Positions 24,501 through 36,500 of a stretch of 64,000 nt of DNA are shown here, one piece after another. Source of the DNA: Vicugna vicugna (lineage: Eukaryota). The stretch spans positions 930,001 through 994,000 of the forward strand of contig MU063499.1 in the NCBI GenBank assembly GCA_013265495.1, read 5' to 3'. Numbering within the stretch: the first letter of the stretch is position 1; each line of letters begins with the position of its first letter. The translations under genes were made by a program, and so were the position numbers. Below the pieces are notes generated by a model that searched no databases, was not told the DNA's origin, and saw nothing but the letters and a program-made list of their open reading frames with translations.

Positions 24501-27500
24501 GAATCTGCAAATTATCCAAGGCCAGAACAATGGAGTGGGTGGTGCGCCCTAATCCCTGGGGAGGTGGAGGCATCCTTTCCCAGGGCCCTGGGATTGACAG
24601 AGAGGGCCAGGCTCCCTCACGCACTGTCTGCCATGGGGAATCAGTGTCTGCTTCTCACCCTGCTGCAGGAGCTGCCGGGCAAGACTTACTCTCAGGACCT
24701 GTCTCGGAGCCCACAGAGCCTCAGCGACACAGGCTATTCCTCTGATGGTGTCTCCAGCTCCCAGAGCGAGATCACAGGCGTTGTACAGCAGGAGGTGGAG
24801 CAGTTAGACAGTGCAGGGGTGACAGGGCCACGCCCGCCCAGCCCCTCCGAGCTCCACAAGGTGGGGAGCGGCATGCGGCCTTTGTTGGAGGCCCGGGGCC
24901 CGGCCCCCAGTGGTGAGCGGGGCAAGCCACCTGGCAGCAGTGGTGAGGAGCAGAAGCGGCGGCCCCACTCCTTGTCCATCATGCCTGAGGCCTTCAACTC
25001 CGATGAGGAGCTGGAGGATATCCTGGAGGAAGAAGAAGACTCTCTGGAGTGGGGACGCCAGAGGGAACAGCGGGACACGGCTGAGTCCTCAGATGACTTT
25101 GGCAGCCAGCTGAGGCATGACTACGTGGAGGACAGCAGTGAGGGTGGCCTGTCCCCTCTTCCACCCCAGCCCCCAGCCCGGGCAGCAGAACTGAGTGATG
25201 AGGAATTCATGCGGCGGCAGATACTGGAGATGAGCGCTGAGGAGGACAACCTGGAGGAGGATGATGCTGCCACCCCTGGGCACGGCCTGGCCAAACATGG
25301 TTCCCAGAAGGGTGGCCCCAGGCCCAGGTCTGAGCCAAGCCAAGAACCAGGGGCGCTGCCCAAGAGGCGCCTGCCCCACAATGCTACCACAGGCTATGAG
25401 GAGCTGCTTTCTGAGGAAGGCCCAGCAGAGGCCACGGACAGCACTGGGGCCCTGCAGGGCGGGCTCCGCCGCTTCAAGACCATCGAGCTCAATAGCACAG
25501 GCAGCTATGGCCATGAGCTGGACCTGGGCCAAGGCCCTGACCCTGGCCTGGACCGGGAGCCCGAGCTGGAGATGGAGAGCCTGACAGGCTCGCCTGAGGA
25601 CCGCTCCCGCGGGGAGCACTCCTCCACACTGCCGGCCTCCACGCCCAGCTACACATCTGGCACCTCACCCACCTCTCTTTCCTCCTTAGAGGAGGACAGT
25701 GACAGCAGCCCCAGCCGCCGGCAGCGGCTGGAAGAGGCCAAGCAGCAGCGCAAAGCCCGGCACCGCTCGCACGGGCCCCTGCTGCCCACCATCGAGGACT
25801 CCTCGGAGGAGGAGGAGCTGCGGGAGGAGGAGGAGCTGCTGCGTGAGCAGGAGAAGATGCGGGAGGTGGAGCAGCAGCGCATCCGCAGCACGGCCCGCAA
25901 GACCCGGCGTGACAAGGAGGAACTGCGGGCCCAGCGGCGGCGCGAGCGCTCCAAGACACCCCCCAGCAACCTGTCACCCATTGAAGATGCCTCCCCAACG
26001 GAGGAGCTGAGGCAGGCGGCTGAGATGGAGGAGTTGCATCGCTCCTCCTGCTCTGAGTACTCGCCCTCACCCTCCCTTGACTCGGAGGCTGAAGCCCTGG
26101 ATGGCGGCCCCACCCGGCTCTACAAGTCGGGCAGTGAGTACAACCTGCCCACCTTCATGTCCCTCTACTCTCCAACCGAGACACCCCTGGGCAGTGCCCC
26201 TACTCCCAGCTCCGGCCGGCCCCTCAAGAGTGCCGAGGAGGCCTACGAGGAGATGATGCGGAAGGCCGAGCTGCTCCAGCGGCAACAAGGCCAGGCAGCA
26301 GGGGGCCGCGGGCCCCATGGTGGCCCTTCGCAGCCCATAGGCTCCCAGGGCCAGGGTTCCTTTGAATACCAGGACCCTGTTGACCATGACTATGGCAGGG
26401 CTGCTCAGCCTGCCTCGGAGGGCACCCCGGCCAGTCTAGGAACAGCCGTGTACGAGGAGATCCTTCAGACGTCCCAGAGCATTGCCCGCATGCATCAGGC
26501 CTCCTCACGGGACCTGGCCTTTGCTGAGGACAAGAAGAAGGAGAAGCAGTTCCTGAATGCCGAGAGTGCGTACATGGACCCCATGAAGCAAAACGGTGGC
26601 CCACTCACCCCTGGTACCAGTCCCACCCAGCTCGCTGCCCCTGTGTCCTTCTCCACCTCCGCCTCCTCAGATAGCAGTGGGGGCCGAATCATTCCCGATG
26701 TTCGCGTTACTCAGCACTTTGCAAAGGAACCTCAGGACCCCCTCAAGCTGCACAGCTCTCCTGCCTCCCCCAGCTCTGCCTCCAAGGAAGTAGGCCTATC
26801 TTTTCCCCAGGGCCCTGGGACCCCAGCCTCCACAGCTGCAGCCCCTTGTTCAGCTGGCCTGCCACGAGGGTACATGACTCCAACCTCCCCAGCAGGCTCT
26901 GAGCGCAGCCCTTCGCCTTCTTCCACAGGCCACAGCTATGGACAGGTCCCAACCACTGCAAACTATGGATCCCAAACTGAGGAGCTACCCCAGGCCCCCA
27001 GTGGCCCTGCTGTCAGTGGACGGGCTGCCAGAGAGAAGGCCCCAAGTGTGAGTGATGGTGAGAGTGGCACCCCCCAGGCCTCCCGGGGATATTCCTACTT
27101 TGTGGGCTCCAGCCCCCCTCTCTCCCCATCTTCTCCTTCAGAGAGTCCCACATTTTCCCCTGGCAAGCTGGGCCCAAGGGCTACAGCTGAGTTCTCTACA
27201 CAGACACCAAGCCCGACCCCTGCCTTGGACATGCCACGGAGCCCTGGGGCCCCCACCCCGACACCCACGGTGGCTCAGGGCACACAAACACCACACCGAC
27301 CCAGCACGCCTCGCCTCGTGTGGCAGCAGTCCTCTCAGGAGGCCCCCTTCATGGTCATCACACTAGCGTCAGATGCCTCCAGCCAGACCAAGATGGTACA
27401 TGCCAGCGCCTCCACCTCCCCAGTGTGCTCGCCCATTGACACCCCGCCCACCACCCACAGCTATAGCCAGACAACGCCTCCAAGTGTGTCTCAGCTGCCC

Positions 27501-30500
27501 CCAGAGCCACCTGGGCCATCTGGCTTCCCGCGGGCAGCCAGTGCTGGTGCGGATGGGCCCCTGGCACTATATGGCTGGGGTGCCCTCCCTGCCGAGAACA
27601 TCTCCCTGTGCCGGATCTCTTCTGTCCCTGGAACGTCTAGGGTCGAGCCAGGCCCCAGGCTGCCTGGCACTGCCGTGGTGGACCTTCGCACGGCTGTCAA
27701 GCCCACGCCCATCATCCTCACTGACCAGGGCATGGACCTGACCTCTCTTGCTGTGGAAGCGAGGAAGTACGGCCTTGCCCTGGATCCAATCCCAGGTCGG
27801 CAGTCGACCGCTGTGCAGCCTTTGGTTATCAACCTCAACGCCCAGGAGCAGACCCATGCCTTCCTCAGCACTGCCACCACCGTGAGCATCACCATGGCCT
27901 CATCTGTGCTCATGGCTCAGCAAAAGCAGCCTGTGGTCTATGGAGACCCCTTCCAGAGCCGGCTTGACTTTGGCCAGGGTGCTGGTAGCCCCGTGTGCCT
28001 GGCCCAGGTCAAGCAGGTGGAGCAGGCTGTCCAGACAGCCCCATATCGCGGTGGGCCCCGGGGAAGACCCAGGGAGGCCAAGTTTGCCAGGTATAACCTG
28101 CCCAACCAGGTGGCACCTCTGGCCAGAAGGGACGTTTTGATCACTCAGGTGGGCACTGCCCAGAGTGTTGGCCTCAAGTCAGGCCCCGTGCCAGAGCCGG
28201 GTGCTGAACTCCACCGGGCCACCCCTGCAGAGCTGCGTTCACATGCCCTGCCAAGTGCCAGGAAGCCACATACAGTGGTGGTGCAGATGGGAGAGGGCGC
28301 AGCCGGCACTGTGACCACACTGCTCCCAGAGGAGCCGGCAGGTGCCCTGGACCTCACTGGGATGAGGCCTGAGAGCCAGCTGGCGTGTTGTGACATGGTC
28401 TACAAGTTCCCTTTTGGCAGTAGCTGCACAGGCGCCTTCCACCCCGCCCCCAGTGCACCTGAGAAGAGCGTAGCAGATGTGGCCCCACCTGGCCAAAGCG
28501 GTGGGCCCTTCTACAGTCCCCGGGACCCTGAGCCTCCAGAGCCCCCCACCTACCAGGCACAGGTGGTAGGGGGGCCCGCGCCCCATGAGGAACTGAGGCC
28601 TTACCCACCGGGCCTTCCTGGCAGGCTGTACTCCTCCATGTCTGACACCAATTTGGCTGAGGCTGGCCTCAACTACCATGCCCACAGGATCGGGCAGCTC
28701 TTCCAGGGCCCTGGACGAGACTCGGCTGTGGACCTCAGCTCTCTGAAGCATTCTTACAGCCTGGGCTTTGCAGATGGACGCTACCTTGGGCAGGGCTTGC
28801 AGTATGGCTCATTCACAGACCTGCGTCATCCCACAGACCTCTTGACTCACCCACTTCCCATGCGGCGCTATAGCTCAGTGTCAAACATTTACTCGGACCA
28901 TAGGTATGGCTCGCGGGGAGATGCAGCTGGCTTTCAGGAGGCCAGCCTGGCCCAGTACAGTGCCACCACAGCCCGTGAGATCAGCCGCATGTGCGCTGCC
29001 CTCAACTCTATGGACCAGTATGGAGGGCGGCATGGCAGTGGTGGTGGTGGCCCCGACCTCATGCAGTATCAGCCCCAGCCCAGGCCTGGGCTCAGTGCCC
29101 CACAAGGTCTGGCTCCCCTCAGACCTGGTCTCCTTGGGAACCCCACCTTCCCAGAGAGCCACCCCAGTCCTGGAAACCTGGCCCAGTACAGGCCTACAGC
29201 AGGCCAGGGAACAGCAGTCAGACAGCTACTACCATCCACAGCCACTGTGCGTGCAGCCGATGGCATGATCTATTCGACTATCAACACTCCGATTGCTGCA
29301 ACACTGCCCATCACCACCCAGCCTGCCTCAGTACTGCGGCCCATGGTGCGTGGCGGCATGTATAGGCCTTATGCAGCTGGTGGGGTCACAGCCGTGCCAC
29401 TCGCCAGCCTGACACGCTTGCCCATGATTGCCCCCCGGGTACCTCTCGGGCCCACAGGGCTGTACCGATATCCTGTACCAAGTAGATTCCCCACTGCTTC
29501 CAGCATTCCACCTGCTGAAGGTCCTGTCTACCTGGGGAAGCCTGCTGCTGTCAAGGCCCCAGGGGCCGGGGGCACACCAAGGCCAGAGCTGCCAGCAGGG
29601 GCTGCTCGGGAAGAGCCTCTTTCCACAGCTCCCCCTGCTGCTGTCAAGGAGGCTGTAGCAGCCCCAGCCCCAGCCCCACTGGCTGGCCAGAAGCCGTCAG
29701 TAGATGCTGCTCTTGGGGGCGGCAGTGGGGCCCTCAGCCGGCCAGGGCTTGAGAGGGAGGAAGTGTCACAGGAGGAGAGACAGCGGAAGCAGCAGGAACA
29801 ACTGCTACAGCTGGAGCGGGAGCGGGTGGAGTTGGAAAAGCTGAGGCAGCTGCGGCTGCAGGAGGAGCTGGAGCGGGAGCGTGTGGAGCTGCAGAGGCAC
29901 CGCGAGGAAGAGCAGCTGCTGGTGCAGCGGGAGTTGCAGGAGCTGCAGACCATCAAGCACCATGTGCTGCAGCAGCAGCAGGAGGAACGTCAGGCTCAGT
30001 TTGCTCTGCAGCGGGAGCAGCTTGCCCAGCAGCGCCTGCAGCTAGAGCAGATCCAGCAGCTGCAGCAGCAGCTACAGCAGCAGCTAGAGGAACAGAAGCA
30101 GCGGCAGAAGGCCCCCTTCCCTGTGGCCTGTGAGGCACCTGGCCGAGGGCCTCCCCCAGCTGCCACCGAGATGGCTCAGAATGGCCAGTACTGGCCACCC
30201 CTGACCCACGCAGCCTTCATTGCCGTGGCCGGGCCTGAGGGGCCTGGGCAGCCTCGTGAGCCCATGCTGCACCGAGGTCTCCCCAGCTCTGCCTCGGACA
30301 TGTCACTGCAGACCGAGGAGCAATGGGAGGCAGGCCGCAGCAGCATGAAGAAGCGGCATTCCATGCCGCGCCTGCGGGACGCCTGCGAGCCAGAGTCGGG
30401 GCCTGAACCCTCTGCGGTCAGGAGGATTGCAGACAGCAGCGTGCAGACGGACGACGAGGATGGGGAGGGCCGCTACCTCCTGACGCGGCGACGCCGGGCA

Positions 30501-33500
30501 CGGCGGAGTGCTGACTGCAGCGTGCAGACGGATGATGAGGACAGCGCCGAATGGGAGCAGCCGGTGCGCCGCCGCAAGTCTCGTCTTTCCCGCCACTCAG
30601 ACTCAGGCTCCGACAGCAAGCATGATGCTACTGCCTCATCATCCACTGCCGCCCCTGCCGTGAGGGCCACAAGCAGCGTGGGCATCCAGACCATCAGTGA
30701 CTGCTCCGTGCAGACGGAGCCTGACCAGCCGCCCAGAGTCTCTCCAGCCATCCACATCACCGCTGCCACTGACCCCAAAGTGGAGATCGTCAGGTACATA
30801 TCAGCACCAGAGAAGACTGGGCGTGGGGAGAGCCTGGCCTGCCAGACGGAGCCAGACGGGCAGGCCCAGGGTGTTGCTGGGCCACAGCTTGTCGGGCCAA
30901 CTGCCATCAGCCCCTACCTGCCTGGCATCCAGATCGTCACCCCAGGGCCCCTGGGCAGATTCGAAAAAAAGAAGCCAGATCCCTTGGAGATTGGATACCA
31001 GGCCCACCTGCCNNNNNNNNNNNNNNNNNNNNNNNNNNNNNNNNNNNNNNNNNNNNNNNNNNNNNNNNNNNNNNNNNNNNNNNNNNNNNNNNNNNNNNNN
31101 NNNNNNNNNNNNNNNNNNNNNNNNNNNNNNNNNNNNNNNNNNNNNNNNNNNNNNNNNNNNNNNNNNNNNNNNNNNNNNNNNNNNNNNNNNNNNNNNNNNN
31201 NNNNNNNNNNNNNNNNNNNNNNNNNNNNNNNNNNNNNNNNNNNNNNNNNNNNNNNNNNNNNNNNNNNNNNNNNNNNNNNNAAAGAGAGGTTCTCCCTCTA
31301 CCAGCACCAGGGGGGACTGGGTAGCCAGGTATGGGCACAGGGGCTGGTCCAGGGTGGGACAGGGGTCTCTATCTAGCCTTGGGGACCCCACAGGGAGTGG
31401 TTCCTTCTGGGGTGGGGATGGAGTCTCCTCCAGCTCTAGAGGCCCAGAGCTAGGAGATAAGGAATGGACCTTTCTCAATGTACATCTGGTGGAGCCTGCA
31501 GCTCGGCAAGGACACCCTGGGCAAAACACACTCACACATGGCCCCCACAGCCATTCAGACCCTGCTAGAAACTTCAGCCTCTCCTGGGCAATGCCGCTTC
31601 ACGGCCCCTATCTAGTCCAATCCCTGCCACCTCCCCTCTTCAGGCCTCCTCAGTTCTGCCCCCGAGTCTTGACCCCTCCTACTCCATACCTCTTCTGTGG
31701 ATATTTCCTGACAAAATCAGTAACATGGACCTGGCTGGGCTGCTCCCCACTCCCCAGCCCTGGCCTGGCTTCCAAAGCCCCAAAGGAAGCCCAAGCCCAT
31801 CCCAATGGGCTGCAGTGTGCTCTCTGCCTCGTCTTGTCCCCACCTCTATCTGGCCCTCAGCAAATCTTTTTACACACCTGTCTGCTCTCCTAGTTAGGGG
31901 CTTCTGGAGCATAAACTTACCCTTGTCTGTGGCTTTTAGTTGCCAATGATGCCCTGGGGCTATGAGAGGTAGCCCACTGTGGAGGGAAGATGGGGTCGCT
32001 AGGATCTGACGCCAAGGACTTTGAGTGCCAGTCAGAGACGGGTGGGCTCTTCTTAACGGCCCTTGGAGCTTCTGGATGTTTCAGGCAGATGAGACAGATT
32101 AAGATGGGTATCTTAGAAAGCTTCCTGGGCAGCATGTGGACAGATGGGCTGCAGGAAGTGATTGCACAGTGACCTTAAGGAGAGTGGATAGGAACCAGAG
32201 GCGTTGTGACATATATTTCCGTTTTCTGGGTGTGAGGTGGGGCCTTAGGGGATGGGATTGTAGGGGTTAGTTTGGGTAGTGGAGAGCCCTGGGATGTGCA
32301 GGCCAGAGGGGTGGGGGGGGTGAGATCAGGCGTCTGGGCTGACAGAGAAGGCAGGTTAGAGAGGCAGCTGTCTTGGCTTCACACTAGGGTTGGCACAGTG
32401 GTCCCATGGGCTGGCTGTGTGAAGCCATGCCACAATGGGTGCTCGTGGTGTGCAACCAAAATAACAAAAGACAGACAATGGACAGAAGGAAATTTATTCC
32501 ATGTCACCAAAGACCCAGCCTTCATCCTGGGGTTTGGGGGCACACTATCATTTCCTTTATGACATACGGCGAGAGTAGGTGGAAGGCTTTTAGGTAATTT
32601 CTTGGCAAGGTAAAAAGTAAGAAGCCTGATGTCAGCCCTCGGTGTATCTTGGGGATTTGGGTGGTCTGTAAAACCCAGAAACCTTGGGCTTTCTACCAAG
32701 GCTAGGAGCTAGAGACAAAGGGAGGACCAAGGGCAAAACTTCCACAATGCGGACTTTGAGGCAATGTGGAGGCAGGTGAGGAGGGCCCCACAGAGGACAT
32801 GTTAGGGAGCACTGACCAGGAGCCAGGTAGCCAGAGATAGGGCTGGAGAGGCCCTCAAGGGGCTCTGGGAGCCACAGAGAGTGGTGGGCTGACAGGGATG
32901 TGGAGCAAGCCAGGGGCCAGGCCGAGAGCACAATTTGGCAGAGGGTGATGCAGGGCCTCAGGAGGAGAGTGGGCAGGTGTCTGAGTTGCAGATCACTTTA
33001 GAGAGGAGGAGGGCAGGAGGCTGAAAAAGACTCAGAGCCTACAGCAACTGACACCCAGGCAGCATGTGGCCCTTTCTATGATCCTCTAGGGAACTGGGGG
33101 GCCCAGGACCCACTCCCCTCCTATCCACGGCCCTTCACTGCCCTTGGCTCCTGCCAGCTGCTAGGACTCCAACCCAGAGCCAGACCTGTACTGTCCTCAC
33201 CTTGGTACACTCAGTAGGAGGTGGAGGGTGACTGACCCTCAGAGACCTGCACGGGTTCTCAGAGCCGCTGTGTGCTAGGCCAGTACTAGACACCAGCACA
33301 GAGGGGCATCTGCTCCTTCTTTCCCCTCCCACCTTCCAGAGCTATGGGAAGAAAGCCTGTAAGATGATCAGAGGCCCTCCCTCTGAGGCCAGTGGGTGGG
33401 CAGGTCAGGCCTTGCGGCGGCCTGATAAATCAGGGCGATGACAAACAGCTGTGGAGCTCACCCCTACCCTAGCCCAGAGCATTTCTCTTCCACCCTGTGC

Positions 33501-36500
33501 CCCGCCAAGCCACCCACACCTTGGGTCTCAGTGCTGCCCGCCCTTCCCTCTGTCTCAGGTGTCGGCGCTGCCACCCAACGGCCTGGTCCGCAAGGTGAAG
33601 CGGACACTGCCCAGCCCCCCTCCAGAGGAGGCTCACCTGCCCCTGGCTGGCCAGGCTCCCCCACAGCTGTATGCGGCCAGCCTGCTGCAGCGTGGGCTGG
33701 TGGGGCCCACGGCTGTCCCTGCCACCAAGGCCAGTCTGCTCCGGGAGCTGGACCGGGACCTGCGGCTGGTGGAGCATGAGTCCACCAAGCTGCGCAAGAA
33801 GCAGGCAGAGCTGGATGAGGAGGAGAAGGAGATCGACGCCAAGCTCAAGTACCTGGAGCTGGGCATCACCCAGCGCAAAGAGTCTTTGGCCAAAGACCGA
33901 GGCAGCCGGGACTACCCACCCTTGCGTGGTCTCGGGGAGCATCGTGACTACCTGTCAGACAGTGAGCTCAACCAGCTGCGGCTCCAGGGCTGTGCCACCC
34001 CAGCTGGCCAGTATACAGACTTCCCTGTCACTGCCGCTGCTCCTGCCACCCCTTCTGGTCCCACTGCTTTCCAGCAGCCCCGGTTCCCACCTCCAGCTCC
34101 GCAGTACGCTGCAGGTAGCAGTGGACCAACTCAGAACGAATTCCCAGCCCACCAAGCACCCACCTACCCTGGCCCCAGCACATACCCAGCACCTGCCTTT
34201 CCTCCTGGTGCCAGTTACCCCACTGAGCCTGGCCTGCCAAGCCAGCCGGCTTTCCATCCCACAGGCCATTATGCAGCCCCAACACCCATGCCAACCACAC
34301 AGAGCACCCTTTTCCCAGTCCCTGCTGACAGCCGTGCCCCCCACCAGAAGCCACGCCAGACATCACTAGCCGACTTGGAGCAGAAGGTGCCAACCAACTA
34401 TGAGGTGATTGCCAGCCCCGTTGTGGCCATGTCTTCAGCCCCATCTGAAACCAGCTACAGTGGCCCAGCAGTAACCAGCAGCTATGAACAAGGCAAGGCC
34501 CCTGAGCTGCCACGGGCCAGTGACCGTAGCAGTGTGAACCTGAGCCCAGCCCCTACCTACCCTTCCGACTCACACTACGCCAGCCTGGAGCAGAACGTCC
34601 CCCGGAACTATGTGATGATCGACGACATCAGTGAGCTAACCAAGGACAGCACCTCCACTGCCTCCGACAGCCAGCGACTGGAGCCCCTGGGGCCGAGCAG
34701 CACTGGGCGTCCAGGAAAAGAGCCAGGAGAACCAGGTGTCCTTGAGGGGCCCGTACTGCCCTGCTGCTATGCCAGAGGGGAGGAAGAATCTGAGGAGGAC
34801 TCTTACGACCCACGTGGGAAGAGCGGCCATCACCGGAGCGTGGAGAGCAATGGCCGACCAGCCAGCACCCACTATTACAGTGACAGTGACTACCGACATG
34901 GGGCTCGAGCAGAGAAGTATAGTCCAGGCCCTGTGGGGCCCAAGCATCCCTCCAAGAGCCTGGCCCCGGCTGCCATCTCCTCAAAGCGCAGCAAGCACCG
35001 GAAGCAGGGCATGGAGCAAAAGATCTCCAAGTTCTCGCCTATCGAAGAGGCCAAGGATGTGGAGTCAGACCTGGCCTCCTACCCCTCCCCTGCAGTCAGC
35101 AGCAGCCTGGCCTCTCGGGGCAGGAAGTTCCAGGACGAAATCACCTATGGGCTCAAGAAGAACGTGTACGAGCAGCAGAGGTACTACGGGGTGTCCAGCC
35201 GGGACCTGGTGGAGGAGGATGACCGCATGTGTGGTGGGAGCAGCCGGTCCCGAGGGGCCTCTGCATACAGTGGGGAGAAGCTGTCCAGCCATGACTTCAG
35301 TGGCCGGGCCAAGGGATATGAGCGGGAGCGGGAGGCTGTGGAGCGACTTCAAAAAGCAGGCCCCAAGCCCTCATCTCTGAGCATGGCCCATGGCCGGGCC
35401 CGGCCCCCTATGCGGAGCCAGGCCTCCGAAGAGGAGAGCCCTGTCAGCCCCTTGGGGCGGCCCCGCCCTGCTGGGGGCACCCTTCCCCCTGGGGACACCT
35501 GCCCGCAGTTCTGCTCCAGCCACTCCATGCCTGATGTCCAGGAGCATGTCAAGGATGGACCGCGGGCCCACGCATATAAGCGTGAGGAGGGCTACATCCT
35601 GGATGATTCCCACTGCGTAGTTTCCGACAGCGAAGGTAATGGCAGCTGGGGGTGATTTTGGCAGATGCTCAGTACGTGGGGTGCCTGCCTGCCCAAGGGG
35701 CCCTGGGCCCTGAGATGTCCCAGTGGGGCCTGGCCTGGTGCCTCATCCAGTGGGCCCTGCTGCAGGGTGCCCTTCCTGCCTGCTCCACCTGCCCCCTGGC
35801 CCCAGTTGTGGGGGGTGGGGGCTGGGGGCCTAGTGTTAAGCTTGTGGCTGTGGCACCCACTCTCTGTTTTCCTTGCATGGCTTCAGCTGGGCCTCCCCCT
35901 GCGGCCAGCCCNNNNNNNNNNNNNNNNNNNNNNNNNNNNNNNNNNNNNNNNNNNNNNNNNNNNNNNNNNNNNNNNNNNNNNNNNNNNNNNNNNNNNNNNN
36001 NNNNNNNNNNNNNNNNNNNNNNNNNNNNNNNNNNNNNNNNNNNNNNNNNNNNNNNNNNNNNNNNNNNNNNNNNNNNNNNNNNNNNNNNNNNTGAGCCCCC
36101 CGAGGAGGGCCTTTGGCCACATGATGAGGGTGGCCCGGGCCGCCATGCCTCAACCAAGGAACACCGGCACCACAGTGACCACGGGCGGCACTCAGGCCGC
36201 CACGCTGGTGAGGAGCCAGGCCGGCGTGCTGCCAAACCACACGTTCGGGACCTGGGTCGCCACGAGGCCCGGCCTCACCCTCAGCCCAGCTCCACCCCGG
36301 CCATGCAGAAGAAGGGTCAGCCTGGGTACCCTAGCTCCGCTGAATACTCCCAGCCATCCCGAGTCCCGTCAGCGTACCATCATGCCTCTGAGAGCAAGAA
36401 GGGCTCCCGGCAGGCCCACTCAGGGCCCGCTGCACTGCAGCCAAAGCCAGAATCCCAGCCGCAGCCGCAAGGTCGGCAGGCAGCTCCAGGGCCACAGCAG

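Noticed and set aside
24486-24668. N-terminal 61 codons of the 2296-aa ORF (MGFDMESANY...)
   Set aside because: Intronic read-through upstream of the exon 5 acceptor at 24668; not bassoon sequence.
35901-35911. ggccag|ccc as the BSN exon 7 acceptor
   Set aside because: It would make the exon about 38 nt too long and out of phase. The true acceptor is expected near 35946, inside the N run.
35652-36091. ORFs apparently starting in BSN intron 6 and running through the N run (and all ORFs containing X strings)
   Set aside because: Their length is an artefact of N codons not being read as stops.
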